A DNA stretch of 64,000 nucleotides. Origin: Actinomycetota bacterium (GTDB taxonomy: Bacteria; Actinomycetota; Actinomycetes; Nanopelagicales; Nanopelagicaceae). The notes under the pieces were generated by a model, which saw nothing but the letters and a program-made list of their open reading frames with translations, did not search any database and was not told the DNA's origin. The DNA lies in contig JAPLBP010000154.1 of assembly GCA_026392695.1 (NCBI GenBank), forward strand, positions 7,854-71,853. Direction: 5' to 3'. The translations under genes were made by a program, and so were the position numbers. Below are positions 60,711 to 64,000 of this stretch, piece by piece (within the stretch, counting starts at the first letter, position 1; every line of letters starts with the position of its first letter).

Positions 60711-61939
60711 TGGCGACGGCAACATCATTCGCCTACACCGGGAGAAATGGATCCGGGAAGATCATAAAAGGGTCTATGGAGGCTCAAAGTGAAGCCGTTG
60801 TAGTTTCTCGTTTACAAAACATGGGGCTTTCACCGATCTCCGTTGTAAAGGGAGCAGGTACTACGGGCCTCAAGCGGGAGATTTCGATTCCTGGTTTCCA
60901 AAAGCGCGTGACACTCAAAGAGTTAGCTGTGATGAGTCGTCAAATGGCCACGATGATTGGTGCGGGATTATCGCTTTTGCGCACACTCAACATTCTTTCC
61001 GAACAGACAGAAAGCAAACCACTCGCAAAGGTCTTAGCTGGTATTCGAGATGAAGTTGAAACCGGTGTATCTACTTCAGATGCATTTGCGAAGTACCCTG
61101 ACGTTTTCCCTCCCCTGATGATAAGCATGATTCGAGCGGGGGAGGCGGGCGGATTTTTAGAGGGAGCTCTAGATTCGATCGCTATCAATTTTGAAAAAGA
61201 AGTGAAGTTACGAGGAAAAATTAAATCGGCGCTTACCTACCCTGTCATTGTTTTCATTATGTCGATCGTTTCCGTTATCTCAATGTTGGTTTTTATCGTC
61301 CCGGTCTTTCAAAAGATGTTCTCCAGCCTTGGCGGAAAACTCCCGCTACCGACAATGATCTTGGTCTACGCCTCTCGCGCCATGGTCTGGGTTGGGCCAG
61401 TGCTATTCATCGTCGGAGTCAGCTTTGCCATCTGGTGGCCTCGTAATAAAAACACCGAAAAAGTACGTAAATTCCTCGACCCCCTTAAATTGAAGCTGCC
61501 AGTGTTTGGTTTGCTCTTGCGCAAAATTGCAGTCGCTCGATTTAGTCGGAATTTCTCAGACATGATCCGAGCCGGAGTGCCCATTTTGAGAGCGCTTCAC
61601 ATCGTTGGTGAAACCTCAGGGAATTGGGTAATTGCCAACGCACTTGAAAAAGTGGCCGAATCTGTGCGACAGGGAAATTCGCTTTCTGCCCCACTTCTTG
61701 ACCAGCCAGTCTTTCCTCCCATGGTGACGCAAATGATCGCCGTGGGCGAAGATGCTGGATCCTTAGAAGTTATGCTCGACAAAATCGCCGATTTCTATGA
61801 TCAAGAAGTTGAAGCGGCCACGGAGCAGTTGACCGCGATGATCGAGCCTCTCATGGTGGCTTTTTTAGGTGTAGTTATAGGCAGCATGGTTATTGCCTTG
61901 TACCTACCGATCTTCAACATCTCAAAACTCATCAAATAA
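60710..61939 (+). CDS. pilC: Type IV pilus platform protein PilC (GspF family)
   Basis: Two GspF repeats (MIGAGLSLLRTL, MIRAGVPILRAL) and three TM segments. TAATG overlap with pilT. Confidence 0.9.
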   Translation: MATATSFAYTGRNGSGKIIKGSMEAQSEAVVVSRLQNMGLSPISVVKGAGTTGLKREISIPGFQKRVTLKELAVMSRQMATMIGAGLSLLRTLNILSEQTESKPLAKVLAGIRDEVETGVSTSDAFAKYPDVFPPLMISMIRAGEAGGFLEGALDSIAINFEKEVKLRGKIKSALTYPVIVFIMSIVSVISMLVFIVPVFQKMFSSLGGKLPLPTMILVYASRAMVWVGPVLFIVGVSFAIWWPRNKNTEKVRKFLDPLKLKLPVFGLLLRKIAVARFSRNFSDMIRAGVPILRALHIVGETSGNWVIANALEKVAESVRQGNSLSAPLLDQPVFPPMVTQMIAVGEDAGSLEVMLDKIADFYDQEVEAATEQLTAMIEPLMVAFLGVVIGSMVIALYLPIFNISKLIK

Positions 61940-62015
61940 ACCGTCGCCCTAGTGGGGCTATCCCTCAACCTCGGCATTTGATGCGGCGTGTCGCCAAATA
62001 TTCTTACAAAAGCAC

Positions 62016-62045
62016 TTTACAACTCGTAAAACACCCTTGTAAGGT
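62016..62045 (+). promoter_or_regulatory. Candidate pilA promoter TTTACA-N18-TAAGGT
   Basis: Hexamers read directly. This would give a 5' UTR of roughly 115-120 nt containing two hairpins (62059-62083, 62123-62136). Confidence 0.3.
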
Positions 62046-62168
62046 TCAAGCACTCGGTGGATATGAGGTTCTGCTTCATATCCGTTGAGTACTTCCCTAA
62101 GGTAAGGCGCCTTTGGGTGGGCGGGGCATATGCCCCGAAAAGACACTTGATCGCAAAGGATGGAAAAC

Positions 62169-62618
62169 ATGTCTTCGCTCATCGCCGGCGCACTAGCTAG
62201 TCGCCGTTCTTCCCTGCAAGAGAAAGAAAAGGGTTTCACCCTGATCGAGCTTCTTGTGGTTATCGTGATTATCGGCATTCTCGCCGCTATTGCAATCCCG
62301 GTTTATCTCAACGTACAAAACAATGCAAAAGACAGCGCGGTCCAGTCGGACCTCACAAACGCGAAGACCGCGGTCATTTCAGCCCAAACTACATCAGGGA
62401 CTCTGCCTACAACCGCGGCAGATATCTCGACTGTAATCACGGCCGCAGAGGGATACACCAAGAGCGCAGACGTTGTTGGAGCAATTACCTATCAGGCAAC
62501 TTCCAGCAGTTTCTGCATTGCAGCTAAAAGCGTCACGAACAGTGTCTTTTATGTGACAGACACTGCAGGTGTCACGAAACTTTCAGGCACTTTGCCCGCA
62601 GGTTGCACCGCCCCATAA
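62169..62618 (+). CDS. pilA: Type IV major pilin (class III signal peptide)
   Basis: KEKG|FTLIELLVVIVIIGILAAIAIPVY with Glu at +5. Two C-terminal Cys residues (FCIAAK ... AGCTAP) suggest a disulfide loop. ATG 62169 behind AAAGGA is preferred to 62160. Confidence 0.85.
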   Translation: MSSLIAGALASRRSSLQEKEKGFTLIELLVVIVIIGILAAIAIPVYLNVQNNAKDSAVQSDLTNAKTAVISAQTTSGTLPTTAADISTVITAAEGYTKSADVVGAITYQATSSSFCIAAKSVTNSVFYVTDTAGVTKLSGTLPAGCTAP

Positions 62619-62641
62619 GGCGCATATAACCACCCATAGGT

Positions 62642-62675
62642 TTCCGGGTGCCACACCCCTATGTGGCACCCGGAA
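62642..62675 (+). terminator. 14-bp perfect stem-loop after pilA (attenuator/terminator candidate)
   Basis: TTCCGGGTGCCACA-ccccta-TGTGGCACCCGGAA. No U-tract follows it. Confidence 0.45.
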
Positions 62676-62749
62676 CTTCCCCCCTAACGGTGGTGATAAA
62701 AGTTTTGAACTCCCCCCAAAACAATTAGCTTTCAAGGTAGGTGAAAAAA

Positions 62750-63199
62750 ATGCTAGTCGAAGAGATTTCAGTTTCGGATCTAACACTTTCTAACGAAGGT
62801 GGATTTGGTTTGATCGAAGTTGTTATCTCGATGTCATTGCTAGGGTTGCTTGCAGTTTCTTTCATTCCAGTGTTATTAAATTCCTGGAAAGACACAAGTG
62901 CCAACACAACAATCGCAACGGCCACACAAATCGTTAACGAACAAATCGAAGGAGCGAGAGCAGTCCGCTCCGCGCTCGCGACCACACCTAGCTGTCAAGA
63001 TGTTATTTCCTTTCTCGGCGTAACACTTCCGCCAGTCATCGATCCACGAGGAGTAACTCTTCTTCCAAAATGGAGTGCGACGTCGTGCCCAAATAATTAC
63101 CCCGGAGTCGTGCGTGCCCAAGTCTCTGTCACTCGTCAAGGAAATATAAAACCTGTGGCTTCCGCTATAACAATGATCTTCGTTAAGTCGGCGGTATAG
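62750..63199 (+). CDS. Minor pilin / pseudopilin with prepilin-type N-terminal domain
   Basis: NEGG|FGLIEVVISMSLLGLLAVSFIPVLL with Glu at +5. ATG 62750 follows AAGGTAGGTG. Confidence 0.7.
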   Translation: MLVEEISVSDLTLSNEGGFGLIEVVISMSLLGLLAVSFIPVLLNSWKDTSANTTIATATQIVNEQIEGARAVRSALATTPSCQDVISFLGVTLPPVIDPRGVTLLPKWSATSCPNNYPGVVRAQVSVTRQGNIKPVASAITMIFVKSAV

Positions 63200-63202
63200 A
63201 AA

Positions 63203-63799
63203 ATGAAAAACTTCCCCGTAAAAGATAAAGAAAAAGGTTTAACTCTTCTTGAACTTTTAATTGCCAGCGGAATTTCGGTGCTTGTTATTTCTATTGCAAG
63301 TGGCCTTCTGATTAATGGTGTTCGCACCCAGGAATCAGCTCAAAAGGTTACGGATGCAGCAAATACTGCCCAACAAATAGTTCGTTCGATTCAATCCGGA
63401 GTGAGAAATGCTTCGGCAATTACGGTAACAAGTAACGCGGTGGCGGGTACACAATTATTACTGGCTCGTTCTGTCGGGCTAGATCCGACGACGACTGCAC
63501 CATCCTGCCAAGCGTGGTACTACACACCTGCTAGTGGTGGAGCTGTCTATACGACAAAAACTTTTCCTGCATCCCTCATTACCCTCCCTTCAGGGGGCCC
63601 AAAAGGAATATGGACTCAATTGGGAACTGGCGTAACTCCCGCCGACCCTCTGACTGGAAAAGTATTTAACGCACCAAGTGGGTCACGTGTTGAATTGCGA
63701 TTTGATGTTGCCGCTGGGAAACATCCATATGTTCGCATCAACACAACGACGTACACGCCGCAAGTAACGTCGGTGAGCTTATGGGAGCCACCAGTGTGA
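63203..63799 (+). CDS. Minor pilin (PilW-like) with prepilin-type N-terminal domain
   Basis: KEKG|LTLLELLIASGISVLVISIASGLL with Glu at +5. Confidence 0.7.
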   Translation: MKNFPVKDKEKGLTLLELLIASGISVLVISIASGLLINGVRTQESAQKVTDAANTAQQIVRSIQSGVRNASAITVTSNAVAGTQLLLARSVGLDPTTTAPSCQAWYYTPASGGAVYTTKTFPASLITLPSGGPKGIWTQLGTGVTPADPLTGKVFNAPSGSRVELRFDVAAGKHPYVRINTTTYTPQVTSVSLWEPPV

Positions 63800-64000
63800 T
63801 GGCGGTGGGAAGTGTCTCTATGTCATTACACGCAGCTGGATACACGACATCGACTCGTGCGGGCGTTCAAGCTCAAGCCGCAGCTGAGGCCGGTATTGAT
63901 GTCGCCGCCGCAAGTCTTGCAACGGCGATTTGTCAGCCCGTCTACTCAAGCTCAACAGCCCCAGCTTTCTCGGTCACCGTGGAGTATTCGACTCTTGCTA
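63781..64000 (+). CDS. PilX-N-like pilus assembly protein, 5' fragment running off the window
   Basis: Open frame from ATG 63781 to the edge: MGATSVMAVGSVSMSLHAAGYTTSTRAGVQAQAAAEAGIDVAAASL... The pattern 'Q A..AAEAG' after a weak hydrophobic segment is typical of the PilX N-terminal domain. Not in the ORF track because no stop is reached. Confidence 0.35.
   Translation, partial: MGATSVMAVGSVSMSLHAAGYTTSTRAGVQAQAAAEAGIDVAAASLATAICQPVYSSSTAPAFSVTVEYSTLA

Noticed and set aside
61940-62168. Sigma-54 promoter (TGGCAC-N5-TTGC) or c-di-GMP riboswitch in front of pilA
   Set aside because: No GG-N10-GC element is present, and Actinobacteria generally lack sigma-54. I see no resemblance to GEMM-I/II conserved cores by eye, though this needs a cmsearch to be certain.
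61958-62278. 106-aa minus-strand ORF, and a 35-codon plus-strand ORF (61981-62088), in the pilC-pilA spacer
   Set aside because: The minus ORF overlaps the pilA signal peptide region in antisense. Neither ORF has a Shine-Dalgarno sequence or any recognisable domain. I treat the region as a non-coding leader.

Overview
This window is the chromosomal replication-origin neighbourhood of a very compact actinobacterial genome whose GC looks moderately low by eye (not computed). One side of the origin reads rpmH-rnpA-yidD-yidC-jag-rsmG-parA-parB. The other reads dnaA-oriC-dnaN-recF-DUF721(DciA-like)-gyrB-gyrA-tRNAIle-tRNAAla-ppiA-rhomboid-crgA-trpG-pknB-pstP. Further actinobacterial blocks are cwlM-trxA-trxB-murJ-nudix-cca, ponA, and rpsF-ssb-rpsR-rplI ... 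dnaB. The gene content suggests a genome-streamlined freshwater actinobacterium (acI/Nanopelagicales-like), but I cannot confirm taxonomy without a database search. Coding density is very high and many neighbouring genes overlap by 1-8 nt at start/stop. I found five tRNAs and no rRNA, CRISPR array, IS element or integrase. The accessory-looking pieces are: (i) a sugar-oxidation gene string next to tRNA-Ser; (ii) a VapBC toxin-antitoxin pair with a clear operator palindrome; (iii) a choline-kinase-like gene and a dimethylglycine/sarcosine-dehydrogenase-like gene inserted between rplI and dnaB; (iv) a type IV pilus locus (pilB-pilT-pilC-pilA plus at least three minor pilins) that runs off the right edge. 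I did not find a convincing, wholly unknown multi-gene system. The best leads are the pilus locus and several non-coding signals: an oriC with an apparent DnaA-box/DnaA-trio/AT-rich unwinding module; two extra DnaA-box clusters outside oriC (crgA/rhomboid spacer and upstream of dnaB); a tRNA-Ala that ends 1 nt before the ppiA start codon; parS sites embedded in the first codons of rsmG and parA; and a crcB gene with no canonical start codon. All functional calls come from motif reading and remembered synteny, not from searches.
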